DNA from: an uncultured Clostridia bacterium
GTDB taxonomy: Bacteria; Bacillota; Clostridia; TANB77; CAG-508
Assembly: GCA_947630185.1 (NCBI GenBank)
Contig: CANRGT010000009.1
Location: 4,996-68,995 of the forward strand
Length of the DNA stretch: 64,000 bases
Direction of reading: 5' to 3'
Under the pieces are notes generated by a model. That model was not told the DNA's origin, ran no database searches, and was given only the letters and a program-made list of their open reading frames with translations. A program made the position numbers and the translations under genes. Below, piece after piece: positions 29,585-39,543 of this stretch (its first letter is position 1; each line of letters opens with the position of its first letter).

Positions 29585-30253
29585 TTACTTATCATTAGTA
29601 ACATCTCCACTACCACTTACTGAAATGGTTTCACCTAAATATGTTGGTAATGGTTTTATTATGCAATTAAGCCATTCTTTATCTCTTGCTAAAATTTCTC
29701 TTATTTCACGAAATACTTGTCCTGAATATGTTCGAGGATCAGATGGTACTCCATATGCTTCTACTCCTAAACTTTTAGCTATATATAATGCTCTATATAA
29801 ATGATATTCTTGTGTTACTATTATCATTTTTTTTATGCCGAAAATATCTCTTGCTCTATATATGCTTTCATAAGTGGAAAATCCTGCATGATCCATAAAA
29901 ATATCTTCTGAGTTTATTCCTTTTTGTATAGCAAAATTTTTCATAACATTTACTTCATCATATTCTTCTCTTCCATGGTCTCCACTCATAATTATTTTAG
30001 GAGATACTCCCTCATTATATAAAGAAATTCCCTCTAATAATCTATCTTCTAACATTGGACTTGGGCTATCACCCCAAATTCCTGCACCTAAAATGAGAAT
30101 GCAATCTACATTTTCTATTTTATTTGCATCTTCATGTGAAATTATATTTTCTTTGCTACTAAATATTACAAAAAAATTTATACCTAATATAAAAATTGAA
30201 ACTATAATTAACAAAACAACTAATATTATCATAATTTTTTTCCATCTTTCCAT
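29585..30253 (-). CDS. DUF218 / SanA-YdcF family protein
   Basis: Begins MERWKKIMIILVVLL (TM), then ILGAGIWGD...IMSGDHGREEYDEVNVM. An AAGGGGA site lies before ATG 30253. The ORF is open to 30346. Confidence 0.7.
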   Translation of the reverse strand: MERWKKIMIILVVLLIIVSIFILGINFFVIFSSKENIISHEDANKIENVDCILILGAGIWGDSPSPMLEDRLLEGISLYNEGVSPKIIMSGDHGREEYDEVNVMKNFAIQKGINSEDIFMDHAGFSTYESIYRARDIFGIKKMIIVTQEYHLYRALYIAKSLGVEAYGVPSDPRTYSGQVFREIREILARDKEWLNCIIKPLPTYLGETISVSGSGDVTNDK

Positions 30254-30402
30254 GTTTCTATTTTCCCCTTTTTTCAACATTTTAATCATCATTATAATAT
30301 CATTTTTGTTGTATTGTTTTAAGTTGTTTTTTATTGTTTTTATCATATAATTTCACTATAATTTTATTGTGAATTATGTTGTTCGTTTTTGTTTTCTACC
30401 TT

Positions 30403-31905
30403 TTAGCTTATTTTAATTTTAAATTTTTGAAGATTAATAGATGCAAGTGGTATAAGTGCTACTATGTAAGGAATAATATACCTTGATTTTGCCTCCCACA
30501 ATATATGAAATGTAAAGCCACCTATAAAAATGGTAACTAAAAGTATAATTTCTAAAGAAATGTTTTTTCTATTTTGTACCAAAGCAATTATACTACATGC
30601 ACACATAAGTATAAGTAATGCTTTTTGATAAAAAGTTAGTGGTTCAATTGCATCTTCTAATGGGTCGTCTGCTACTGATGTATTATTTCTTATTGCAGAA
30701 TATGTATTTTCAGCCCACATTGAAGTTATCTTGTCAGTATAAAACTTAAAAGTGTAACCTATGTTTTTCGAAAAATAAATCAATCTCTCCTTTATTTTTT
30801 CATTGTATTCTTCTTTTTTACCTTCTAAGTTTGATAAAGCCGAAGCTCCTATCTCCCATTTGTACCATCCATTTGCTCTTTCTCCTTCTTCCATTCCCAT
30901 TAATACATATCCGTTCATTGGATAAGACTTATTTTTGTCCAAATTATATTTATCTAAATAATAGTTTTTTACAAAATATGATGGTACTATACAAATTATT
31001 ATATATAACACAATTACAGCAATTTTTATTAATTTTTCATTTAACTTAATGGTATTTATTTCTTTAAATAGATTTAATAATAAATATATTACTATCGCAA
31101 TAATAAATATTAAACTGTTCATTTTAAACATATATGCTATCATAGATAAAATGCTAGCTAATATTGCATATATTGTTTTTTGGGTTTCTGTATAACGCAT
31201 TACAAAATATACTGAAAATAAGCATAGTGGTATACTTGCAATATCTCCATATACAAAGTTTGCCATCATAATTAATGAGATAAAAGTAAATATTAGTACT
31301 AGCATTAGTGAATTGTTCATTTCATATTTTTTAGATAGCTGTTTATTTATTTTATATAATGCTATTACAGTTAATACATTCGCTATGATATTTATTATTC
31401 TTAATTTTTCTAATACATCTAATTTAATTATTTTAAAAAATATGTTAAATAAAAAAGCTAGTGGAATTTGATGTTGATGAGCTTGTACATATTTATCTAC
31501 TGTGACTTCCGCATAAGTCATTATCTTAAATGACCTTTCTGGATCATTATTATAAAATGTTTGTGCTAATTTTGAAGTATATTCTTGATCACCTACAATT
31601 GGTGGATTTATTTTCATTATCCAAAATATGTTAAAAGCTAAATAAATGGCAATACAAGTTATAAATAAAATTTTTCTTATTTTCTCTTTTATTTTTGAAT
31701 CTGTACTATTATATAAATATCTATTTATTATTCTTGTTACTAAAAATAGTACTATTCCTACTATTATAAGCCCTAATACATACACAAAGCTATTTAAAGA
31801 AATGGTTATGTGTTCTGCAACATCTAGGTCTGCAGTATATATTATATTTAAAATAAGTACCACACTTAAAAATATTATTCCAAGACTAAATATTATTTTT
31901 TTCAT
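30403..31905 (-). CDS. GT-C-like polytopic membrane glycosyltransferase, paralogue 4 (most divergent)
   Basis: 500 aa with about 12 TM segments and the same overall architecture as the other three. Assignment is by topology and context. Confidence 0.45.
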   Translation of the reverse strand: MKKIIFSLGIIFLSVVLILNIIYTADLDVAEHITISLNSFVYVLGLIIVGIVLFLVTRIINRYLYNSTDSKIKEKIRKILFITCIAIYLAFNIFWIMKINPPIVGDQEYTSKLAQTFYNNDPERSFKIMTYAEVTVDKYVQAHQHQIPLAFLFNIFFKIIKLDVLEKLRIINIIANVLTVIALYKINKQLSKKYEMNNSLMLVLIFTFISLIMMANFVYGDIASIPLCLFSVYFVMRYTETQKTIYAILASILSMIAYMFKMNSLIFIIAIVIYLLLNLFKEINTIKLNEKLIKIAVIVLYIIICIVPSYFVKNYYLDKYNLDKNKSYPMNGYVLMGMEEGERANGWYKWEIGASALSNLEGKKEEYNEKIKERLIYFSKNIGYTFKFYTDKITSMWAENTYSAIRNNTSVADDPLEDAIEPLTFYQKALLILMCACSIIALVQNRKNISLEIILLVTIFIGGFTFHILWEAKSRYIIPYIVALIPLASINLQKFKIKIS

Positions 31906-31952
31906 TTAAATTCCCCTTTAGTTGCATCATTTGTAATTATTTTATGTTTAGT

Positions 31953-33206
31953 TTAATTTTTTACTTTTTCAGTTTCTGCTACTATTGAGTTAATATTTGC
32001 CCTGCCAACATGCTCAATTTTCTCCCAAGTAGTATCACGTTTAAATAAACATTTAAAGTTTATTAAAAGCCATGAGCCTAAAAATAATGGATAGCATAAT
32101 AAGCCTTTCATCATTGGTTTTATCGGCTTTTTATCTAATATCATAATTACTAGTGCTGTAAAAATTGGTAATAAGAAGGTTGGTATTATATATCTAAGTA
32201 CATTTATAGATAAATCCATACTTGTCATTCCTTCTCCAAGATACATAACAAAATTTAGTAGTAATAATACAAGTGTAGCTATAAACATTGGAATACTTCC
32301 AATAATATATAAAAATCCGTCAAAATTCATTATTGTTTTATTTTCTTTTACTGCTAGTAATAATGGCTTTGTATATTCTTTCATACATTGAATATGACCA
32401 ACTGTCCATCTAGTTCTTTGTTTCCAACTTTGTTTAAATCCTAAAGGTTGCTCATCATACACTATAGCATCAGTAGCCCAACCTAATTTTTTACCTTGAA
32501 TAATTCTTTTTAATGAAAATTCAATATCTTCTGTTAATGTTTTAGTCTTCCATCCATCTGGTTTTACAACATCAAATTTAACCATAAAACCCGTACCATT
32601 TATTAATGGTGATAAACCTATGTTATATCTTGCTAAATGATAAAAACGATTCATTGTCCAATAAAATATTGTATAGCCTGCTGTAATCCAGTTATCAGTA
32701 GGGTTTTTAATGTCTCTATATCCTTGAACAACTTCTTCACCTTGGCAAAGTTTTTTATTCATTTCTTTTATAAAGTTTTTATCTACTATATTATCTGCAT
32801 CAAATATACAAAATGCATCATATGGTGCATCTTCTGCTATTTTTTGCTCTAAAAACCAGTCTAGTGCATAACCTTTAGTTTTCTTTTCTGGATCAAATCT
32901 TTCATAAACTATCGCACCAGCTTTTCTTGCTATAAAAGCTGTATCATCTGTGCAGTTATCAGCAATTACATAAATGTCTAATAAATCTTTAGGATAATCT
33001 TGATTTTTTAAACTTTCAATCAATTCTGCTACTACATTTTCTTCATTATGTGCTGGTATTATTGCCATAAAACGATGATTTTTATTTACTAATAATGGTT
33101 TATCTTTTAATTTTACTAATGAGCAAATACTAATTGCTATTTGATAAAACCAGAATATTGTTATAATCCATACTAACGCTTGTTGTATGATGTATAAATA
33201 TTCCAT
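31953..33206 (-). CDS. processive family 2 glycosyltransferase (PgaC/IcaA / cellulose-synthase-like exopolysaccharide synthase)
   Basis: 417 aa. Motifs: IIPAHNEE, FDADN, TEDIEFS and QRTRWTVG (QxxRW). TM helices flank the catalytic domain. Confidence 0.8.
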   Translation of the reverse strand: MEYLYIIQQALVWIITIFWFYQIAISICSLVKLKDKPLLVNKNHRFMAIIPAHNEENVVAELIESLKNQDYPKDLLDIYVIADNCTDDTAFIARKAGAIVYERFDPEKKTKGYALDWFLEQKIAEDAPYDAFCIFDADNIVDKNFIKEMNKKLCQGEEVVQGYRDIKNPTDNWITAGYTIFYWTMNRFYHLARYNIGLSPLINGTGFMVKFDVVKPDGWKTKTLTEDIEFSLKRIIQGKKLGWATDAIVYDEQPLGFKQSWKQRTRWTVGHIQCMKEYTKPLLLAVKENKTIMNFDGFLYIIGSIPMFIATLVLLLLNFVMYLGEGMTSMDLSINVLRYIIPTFLLPIFTALVIMILDKKPIKPMMKGLLCYPLFLGSWLLINFKCLFKRDTTWEKIEHVGRANINSIVAETEKVKN

Positions 33207-33328
33207 TTTTGTTATTCCTTTCTAATTTTCTAACAACATCTATTATACTATGTTAAAAATTTTTTTGCAACTTTTATAATACAATTAATAAAAGTTTAAT
33301 AATTTATATTATTGCTTAAATTTATTAT

Positions 33329-33464
33329 TGCTGAAAAGTATTATAGTTTTTGCACCTTGCCCACGCAACCTTCAAATATAATAGATTGTAGGTTGCTCCA
33401 AGCGCACTTCGCTTACGCTTCGTTTGAACGCTACGCGGTGCTACAAACTATAATACTTTTCAGC
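33329..33464 (-). repeat. GC-rich-core hairpin element, copy R2 (inverted orientation)
   Basis: Perfect 20-bp arms GCTGAAAAGTATTATAGTTT/AAACTATAATACTTTTCAGC. The reverse complement carries GCACCGCGTAGCGTTCAAACGAAGCGTAAGCGAAGTGCGCTTGGAGCAACC...GGTTGCGTGGGCAAGGTGC. Confidence 0.75.
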
Positions 33465-33493
33465 TAAATAAAATATAATTTTCTTAAAATTAA

Positions 33494-35605
33494 TTAGTCT
33501 TCTCTAGCTTCTAAATCTTTCATGTTTAAGTTAATTCTTCCTTGGCTATCTATTTCAGAAACTTTTACTGTAACTTCGTCACCAATGCTTAATACATCTT
33601 CTACTTTTTCTACTCTTTTGCTTGAAATTTTAGAAATGTGTAATAATCCTTCGTTTCCTCCACCTAGGTCAATGAATGCTCCAAATGGCATAATTCTAAC
33701 AACTTTTCCTGTATAGATATTTCCAGCTTCTATAACTTTAGCTATATCTAAAATCATATCAAGTGCTTTTTTGCCACTTTCTGTGTCGTTTGAATATACA
33801 CATACTTTTCCGTCATCTGATATATCAATCTTAACACCAGTTTCATCAATAATTTTATTAATCATTTTTCCACCAGGTCCGATTACATCTTTAATCTTTT
33901 CTGTGCTAATTGTTGTCATCATAATTCTTGGTGCATATTTTGAAATGTCTTCTCTAGGTTTATTTATAACTGGTAGCATTACATTGTCTAAAATATAGTC
34001 TCTTGCTACTTTTGTTCTTTCAAAAGCTTCTTTTATAATATCATATGTTAGTCCATCTATTTTAATGTCTACTTGTATTGCAGTAATACCATCTTTTGTT
34101 CCACCAACTTTGAAATCCATATCTCCAAAGAAGTCTTCAATTCCTTGAATATCTGTAAGCATAATGTATCTATTAGGGTCATTTTTATCTGTAACTAATC
34201 CTGTTGAAATACCTGCTACTGGCTTTTTAATTGGAACTCCTGCATCCATTAAAGCAAGTGTACTTCCACAAATACTTGCTTGTGATGTTGAACCATTTGA
34301 AGAAAGTACTTCTGATACTACACGAATTGAGTATGGGAATTCATCTTCTGATGGAATTACTGGAACTAATGCTTTTTCTGCTAAAGCTCCATGTCCTATT
34401 TCTCTTCTACCTGGTCCACGAGATGTTCTTGCTTCTCCTACACTATATGGTGGGAAATTGTATTGATGCATATATCTTTTTGATTCTTCTTCATCTAAGC
34501 CATCTAATTCTTGTTCTTCACTTTTCATTCCAAGTGTTACAACTGACATTACTTGTGTTTGACCTCTTGTGAAAATTGCGCTTCCATGTACTCTTGGTAA
34601 AACACCTACTTCACAAGAAAGTGGTCTGATTTCGTCTATTTTTCTTCCGTCTGGGCGTTTATGTTCTTCTAATATCATTTGTCTTACACAAGCTTTTTCT
34701 AGGTCATGTATACTATTTGCAATATCTAATGCCTTTTCTGTAGCTACTTCTTCTCCATATTTTTCTGTATAATAATTGTTAATGTCTTCAGTTATTTTTT
34801 CAATATTTTCATCTCTTACAGTTTTATCTGTAGCTTGTACATCTTGATACATTCTATCTTTAAAGTTTGCTTCAATTTCTGCATATACTTCTGGGTCTGT
34901 TGCAAAAGATGGATATTCAAATTTAGGTTTTCCTATTTCTGCTTTAATATCAGAAATAAAGTTACAAATTTTCTTAATTTCTTCATGTGCAACTTTTATT
35001 GCTTCTAGCATTGTATCATTTGGTATTTCGTCTGCACCTGCTTCAATCATTGTAATTTTGTCTAATGTTCCTGCTACTGTTAAGTTTAATCTGCTTTTTT
35101 CTCTTTGTTCTAATGTTGGGTTTATAACAATTTGATTATCTACATAGCCTACATTTACTGCTGCTGTTGGTCCACCAAATGGAATATCTGAAATTGAAAG
35201 TGCTGCTGATGCACCAATCATAGCACATACTTCTGGGCTATTATCTGGTTCTACTGATAATACTGTTGCTATAACAACTGTGTCATTTCTAAAATCTTTT
35301 GGGAATAAAGGTCTTAAAGGTCTGTCTATTGCTCTTGAAGTTAGAATTGCTTTATCTGAAGGTTTACCTTCTCTTTTTGTAAAGCTTCCTGGAATTTTTC
35401 CAACTGCATATAGTTTTTCTTCATAATCTACTGATAATGGGAAAAAGTCTATTCCTTCCTTTGGTTCTTTTGCTGCTGTTACGTTTACCATAACAACTGT
35501 TTCTCCATAGCGTACTACAACGCTTCCATTTGCAAGTTCTGCAATTTTTCCTGTTTCTATTGATAGTTTTCTTCCTGCTAATTCTGTTTCATAAATTTTA
35601 AACAT
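33494..35605 (-). CDS. pnp: polyribonucleotide nucleotidyltransferase (PNPase)
   Basis: Begins MFKIYETELAGRKLSIETGKIAELANGS... Has two RNase PH domains plus KH and S1 domains. An AAGGAAG site lies before ATG 35605. The ORF is open to 35644. Confidence 0.95.
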   Translation of the reverse strand: MFKIYETELAGRKLSIETGKIAELANGSVVVRYGETVVMVNVTAAKEPKEGIDFFPLSVDYEEKLYAVGKIPGSFTKREGKPSDKAILTSRAIDRPLRPLFPKDFRNDTVVIATVLSVEPDNSPEVCAMIGASAALSISDIPFGGPTAAVNVGYVDNQIVINPTLEQREKSRLNLTVAGTLDKITMIEAGADEIPNDTMLEAIKVAHEEIKKICNFISDIKAEIGKPKFEYPSFATDPEVYAEIEANFKDRMYQDVQATDKTVRDENIEKITEDINNYYTEKYGEEVATEKALDIANSIHDLEKACVRQMILEEHKRPDGRKIDEIRPLSCEVGVLPRVHGSAIFTRGQTQVMSVVTLGMKSEEQELDGLDEEESKRYMHQYNFPPYSVGEARTSRGPGRREIGHGALAEKALVPVIPSEDEFPYSIRVVSEVLSSNGSTSQASICGSTLALMDAGVPIKKPVAGISTGLVTDKNDPNRYIMLTDIQGIEDFFGDMDFKVGGTKDGITAIQVDIKIDGLTYDIIKEAFERTKVARDYILDNVMLPVINKPREDISKYAPRIMMTTISTEKIKDVIGPGGKMINKIIDETGVKIDISDDGKVCVYSNDTESGKKALDMILDIAKVIEAGNIYTGKVVRIMPFGAFIDLGGGNEGLLHISKISSKRVEKVEDVLSIGDEVTVKVSEIDSQGRINLNMKDLEARED

Positions 35606-35720
35606 ATTTTTTTCTTCCTTTCTTGTTGGCAATTGTTCAATCATTTAAAATGTTTTTGCATGATTCAAACGCCAATTTTTTAAATTTATATTAATACAAC
35701 ACAAAATTAGCGTAACCTCT

Positions 35721-35835
35721 ATTATAAACTAACTTCTTTATTTTTATAAATTTATTTTTTACTATGATAATTTATTTTAAAATAAATTATCATTTTTCTT
35801 ATGTTATTTATAAAAAATTAACATTAGTTTATAAT
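35721..35835 (-). promoter_or_regulatory. long imperfect hairpin in the rpsO-pnp intergenic region (candidate pnp leader / RNase III site)
   Basis: Nested inverted repeats: ATTATAAACTAA/TTAGTTTATAAT, ATTTTTATAAAT/ATTTATAAAAAAT, and a central perfect 30-nt palindrome at 35764-35793. Confidence 0.35.
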
Positions 35836-35971
35836 ACAAGCTACATTCTAATTTTAAGTGTTGTTTAATATTCTAATTAATTATTATAACTTTAAAATGT
35901 TATTAATAATATTTTTTTAATGTTCTAAAGATTAGTATTGCTTATTTCAGTTATTTAATTCAAAATATAGT

Positions 35972-36012
35972 CTACAAAAGTGGACGTTTGCAATAATAAG
36001 CGAAACGTCCAA
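35972..36012 (-). terminator. intrinsic terminator after rpsO
   Basis: Minus strand UGGACGUUU-13 nt-AAACGUCCA followed by CUUUUGU. Confidence 0.55.
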
Positions 36013-36019
36013 ATTTGAA

Positions 36020-36283
36020 TTATTTTCTTAAATCTAATTTTTCAACAATATCTCTATATCTTTGAACATCTTTTTTTGCTAGGTAGTTAAGTAAATTTCT
36101 TCTTGAACCTACCATTTTTAAAAGTCCTCTTCTTGAGTGATTGTCTTTTACATGAACTTTTAAGTGTTCTGTTAATTCATTAATTCTTTCTGTTAAAAGA
36201 GCGATTTGAACTTCTGGTGAACCAGTATCTTTTTCATCTCTTTTATAAGTATTAATTATTTCTTGTTTTCTTTCTTTTGTCAT
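36020..36283 (-). CDS. rpsO: 30S ribosomal protein S15
   Basis: 87 aa beginning [55 protein letters not shown]... Confidence 0.95.
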   Translation of the reverse strand: MTKERKQEIINTYKRDEKDTGSPEVQIALLTERINELTEHLKVHVKDNHSRRGLLKMVGSRRNLLNYLAKKDVQRYRDIVEKLDLRK

Positions 36284-36444
36284 TTTTATTTCCCTCCTTT
36301 AAATTTTATTTGCCTTAAACTGAGTTTAAGTGGAGTATTATTCTTAAACTAAGTAAAAGGTAGTTTTTAATCGTTTAATATGATAACATAATTTTTCCAA
36401 AAAATCAAGGTTTTAAAAAATAAAATATTTTTTTTAAATATGTC

Positions 36445-36473
36445 TTGACAATAATTATAAAATTTAGTATACT
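36445..36473 (+). promoter_or_regulatory. promoter of the tRNA Val-Asp-Phe cluster
   Basis: TTGACA (36445-36450), 17-nt spacer, TATACT (36468-36473). Confidence 0.6.
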
Positions 36474-36493
36474 TAAAAGCGTCATTGGAAATG

Positions 36494-36569
36494 GGCGCAT
36501 AGCTCAGCTGGGAGAGCATCTGCCTTACAAGCAGGAGGTCATAGGTTCGAGCCCTATTGCGCCCACCAT
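36494..36569 (+). tRNA. tRNA-Val (anticodon UAC), CCA encoded
   Basis: GGGCGCATAGCTCAGCTGGGAGAGCATCTGCCTTACAAGCAGGAGGTCATAGGTTCGAGCCCTATTGCGCCCACCA folds as a cloverleaf. Anticodon loop is CUUACAA. Confidence 0.95.
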
Positions 36570-36627
36570 TTTCAAAAATATTTAGATTTGCTAAATATTT
36601 TTTTATTTAAAAATAATTTTTATTTTT

Positions 36628-36704
36628 GGCCTGGTAGTTCAGTTGGTTAGAACGCTAGCCTGTCACGCTAGAGGTCGACGGTTCGAGCCCGTTCCAGGTC
36701 GCCA
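36628..36704 (+). tRNA. tRNA-Asp (anticodon GUC), CCA encoded
   Basis: GGCCTGGTAGTTCAGTTGGTTAGAACGCTAGCCTGTCACGCTAGAGGTCGACGGTTCGAGCCCGTTCCAGGTCGCCA. Anticodon loop is CUGUCAC. Confidence 0.95.
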
Positions 36705-36728
36705 TTTTTTTATTTACATATATAATAT

Positions 36729-36804
<76 letters not shown>

Positions 36805-36809
36805 AGTTA

Positions 36810-36840
36810 AAAATTCCTATTAAAGGAATTTTTTTATTTT
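36810..36840 (+). terminator. intrinsic terminator after the tRNA cluster
   Basis: AAATTCCT-attaa-AGGAATTT followed by a T-run. Confidence 0.65.
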
Positions 36841-36842
36841 CA

Positions 36843-36890
36843 TAAAAAATAAGCCCAAATTGTTAAACTTTTTGTCTAACAATTTTGGGT
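36843..36890 (-). terminator. intrinsic terminator after the S41 peptidase gene
   Basis: Minus strand ACCCAAAAUUGUUA...UAACAAUUUGGGC followed by UUAUUUUUU. Confidence 0.55.
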
Positions 36891-36951
36891 TATTTCAAAA
36901 ATACATCTTTCTATAAATTTATTTTAAAATATCTTAATATATTTTTAAAGT

Positions 36952-38130
36952 TTATTTTTTCTTCAAAACTTCTATAGCTTTTTGTAATTGTGTATCTTCA
37001 TCTTCTTTTAATTCTACTTTTATATCTGGTGTAATACCTATTTTATGAATTTCATTACGGTTAGGCGTATAATATTTTTCAGTTGTAATTTTTAATCCAC
37101 TTCCATCAGATAACCTTTGCAAAGTTTGAATAATTCCCTTTCCATAAGTAGTTTCTCCTACAAGTGTTGCAATCTTATTATCTTTTAATGCTCCAGCAAA
37201 AATTTCTGATGCACTTGCTGAATATTCATTTACTAATAATACAACAGGAAGTTCAATAATCGGATCACTTGTTGCCTTAGTTACTTCTTCTTTTCCATTT
37301 TTATCAGCTGTTATAAGTAAAGTTTCATCTTTTTTAGTAAAAAAGTCTGCAATTTTTATTGATTCATTTACAAGTCCTCCACCATTATTTCTTAAATCTA
37401 CAATTAATTTCGTAATTCCTTGTTTTTTTAATCCTTCATACTTTTTTTGGAATTCTTTTGCACACTCTCCCTCAAAGTCTAAAATTTGAATATAACCTAT
37501 ATTATTTTCTAGTTTTTTTGCAATAATATGCTCAAGTACAATTTTTTTTCTTGTTATTTCAAATACTTTTGTTTCAGTTCCACGTAAAATTTCCAAAGTA
37601 ACCTTTGTTCCTTCTTCTCCTTTTATTTTATTTGAAGCTTCTTCCATTTGACTTCCAGAGTATGAAATTCCATCTACTTTTTTTATTATATCTCCTGGCA
37701 GTAATCCTACTTCTTCTGCAGGTGAATCAGCTATTGGGCTTACTATAGAAATAGCATCATTTTTTACGTCTTGCATTATGTAGACACCTATTCCAACATA
37801 ACTACCATCTGTCTCTTGCATAATTTCATCCATTTCTTCTTTTGTATAATAAACTGTATATGGATCTCCTAATGCTTCTATATATCCTTTCATTGCACCT
37901 TCAATTAGTTCTTCGTCATTTATTTCCCCCATATATGTTTCTTCTAATTCTTTTCTAAACATTGAAAGAGTATATTCTAATCCATTTAAATCTGTGTCTT
38001 TTTTTGAAAATTTTACATTATTTGTCATATAATGATATGTTGCAAATGCTGTTACTAATGAAGTAACAATAATTGTAATTATCATTAACATTATAATTTT
38101 ATATGTTCTTTCAGCACTATTTCTTTCCAT
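36952..38130 (-). CDS. S41 family C-terminal processing peptidase (CtpA/CtpB-like)
   Basis: 392 aa with an N-terminal TM, a PDZ domain (GLLPGDIIKKVDG), and LVNEYSASASEIFAGALKD with the catalytic Ser. Confidence 0.9.
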   Translation of the reverse strand: MERNSAERTYKIIMLMIITIIVTSLVTAFATYHYMTNNVKFSKKDTDLNGLEYTLSMFRKELEETYMGEINDEELIEGAMKGYIEALGDPYTVYYTKEEMDEIMQETDGSYVGIGVYIMQDVKNDAISIVSPIADSPAEEVGLLPGDIIKKVDGISYSGSQMEEASNKIKGEEGTKVTLEILRGTETKVFEITRKKIVLEHIIAKKLENNIGYIQILDFEGECAKEFQKKYEGLKKQGITKLIVDLRNNGGGLVNESIKIADFFTKKDETLLITADKNGKEEVTKATSDPIIELPVVLLVNEYSASASEIFAGALKDNKIATLVGETTYGKGIIQTLQRLSDGSGLKITTEKYYTPNRNEIHKIGITPDIKVELKEDEDTQLQKAIEVLKKK

Positions 38131-38247
38131 TTCTAATTTCCTTCCCTGCTAGAAGTAATACATATTTTTGTAAAGCTTCTATTTTTCAATTTATAAAAGT
38201 ATATATTATTATATTTTTATTATTCATAATATATACTTAAAATATTT

Positions 38248-39504
38248 CTATGTATCAACTTTAAAATAATTTAATGGGTCTTGTGTAACTCCATTTATTC
38301 TTACCTCAAAATGTAAATGAGGTCCTGTGGTGTTTCCTGTGTCTCCTGTTTGCATTATTAATTCTCCTTGCTTAACTTCTTTTCCACCTTCAGTTAAAAT
38401 AGTTTGTGCATGTCCATATAATGTTGTAATTCCATTTCCGTGATATATCATTACGCAATTTCCATATGAGCCTAACTCTCCAGCAAATGTAACAATTCCA
38501 TCCATTACGGCTACTACTGGAGCTCCATATCCGGTATTTCCAATATCTATGCCTTGATGTAACATAACAACACCATAATTAGGTCTTATTCTTGTTCCAT
38601 AATATGATGTAATTCCAGTTCCTGCTATTGCAACTGGCCAAATCATTTCTCCGCCTAAATATTGTATATCTAAATCTGCATTTAAAAGGTCTACTTGCCT
38701 TATTTTTGCTTCAATAATAATAAGCTCATTTTTGAATTTTACAACTTGTTCATTTAGTTTTCTTTCTTCATCTGATAGTTGTGCTATATATTTTTGTTGC
38801 ATTGCTTTTGTATTTCTTAATATTGTTTCTGATTGCTCTGCTTTTATTTTAAGCTCAGTAACTTCCTTTGTTTCTTTTTCTAATTTTTCCTTTGCATATT
38901 CTATTTCTTGAATTCTTCTATCTACTTCATCCATTAATTGATTATCATATTCTGCCATCTCAACCATTACATAATATAATGATAAAAATTCTGATAAACT
39001 TTTAGCTGATAATAATACATCTAAATATGAAATTTCTCCTGATTCATAAAGTGTTACTAATCTTTTTCTTAATTCTTCATCTTTTTCATTGTATTCCTTT
39101 GTAGCAATTTCTAAATTGTTCTTTTCTTCTTCAATTGAAGCTTGTATTGTTTGAAGCCTTGTTTTTAAATCATCATTTTCTTGCTCATATGCCATAATTT
39201 GGTCATTTAATTCTTGTATTTGAATAAGTGTTCCAGACATTTCGCCTTGTACATATTCTAATTGTTCATTTACTTTATCTAAACTTGCTTGTATATCACT
39301 TTTCTGCTGACCCAAATTATTTAATTTATCCAAAGTTTCTGGGTCAAGTGGCTCTTCAGAATTTTCAGTGTTTCCTTTAGTACTATTTTGGTTATTAGCT
39401 GTTTGATTAGCATTTAATCCATTATTGCTAGCAAATGAAGAAACTGAAAATATGAATAATAACATAATAGCAAGGAGAATACATAGAACTTTTTGTTTTT
39501 TCAT
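38248..39504 (-). CDS. coiled-coil M23 metallopeptidase (EnvC/PcsB-like murein hydrolase or activator)
   Basis: 418 aa with a signal peptide and about 230 aa of coiled coil. The M23 domain has intact HQGID and HLHFE motifs. Confidence 0.85.
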   Translation of the reverse strand: MKKQKVLCILLAIMLLFIFSVSSFASNNGLNANQTANNQNSTKGNTENSEEPLDPETLDKLNNLGQQKSDIQASLDKVNEQLEYVQGEMSGTLIQIQELNDQIMAYEQENDDLKTRLQTIQASIEEEKNNLEIATKEYNEKDEELRKRLVTLYESGEISYLDVLLSAKSLSEFLSLYYVMVEMAEYDNQLMDEVDRRIQEIEYAKEKLEKETKEVTELKIKAEQSETILRNTKAMQQKYIAQLSDEERKLNEQVVKFKNELIIIEAKIRQVDLLNADLDIQYLGGEMIWPVAIAGTGITSYYGTRIRPNYGVVMLHQGIDIGNTGYGAPVVAVMDGIVTFAGELGSYGNCVMIYHGNGITTLYGHAQTILTEGGKEVKQGELIMQTGDTGNTTGPHLHFEVRINGVTQDPLNYFKVDT

Positions 39505-39543
39505 TGCACTCTCCTCCTTTTTAACAATAAACTATATATAATT

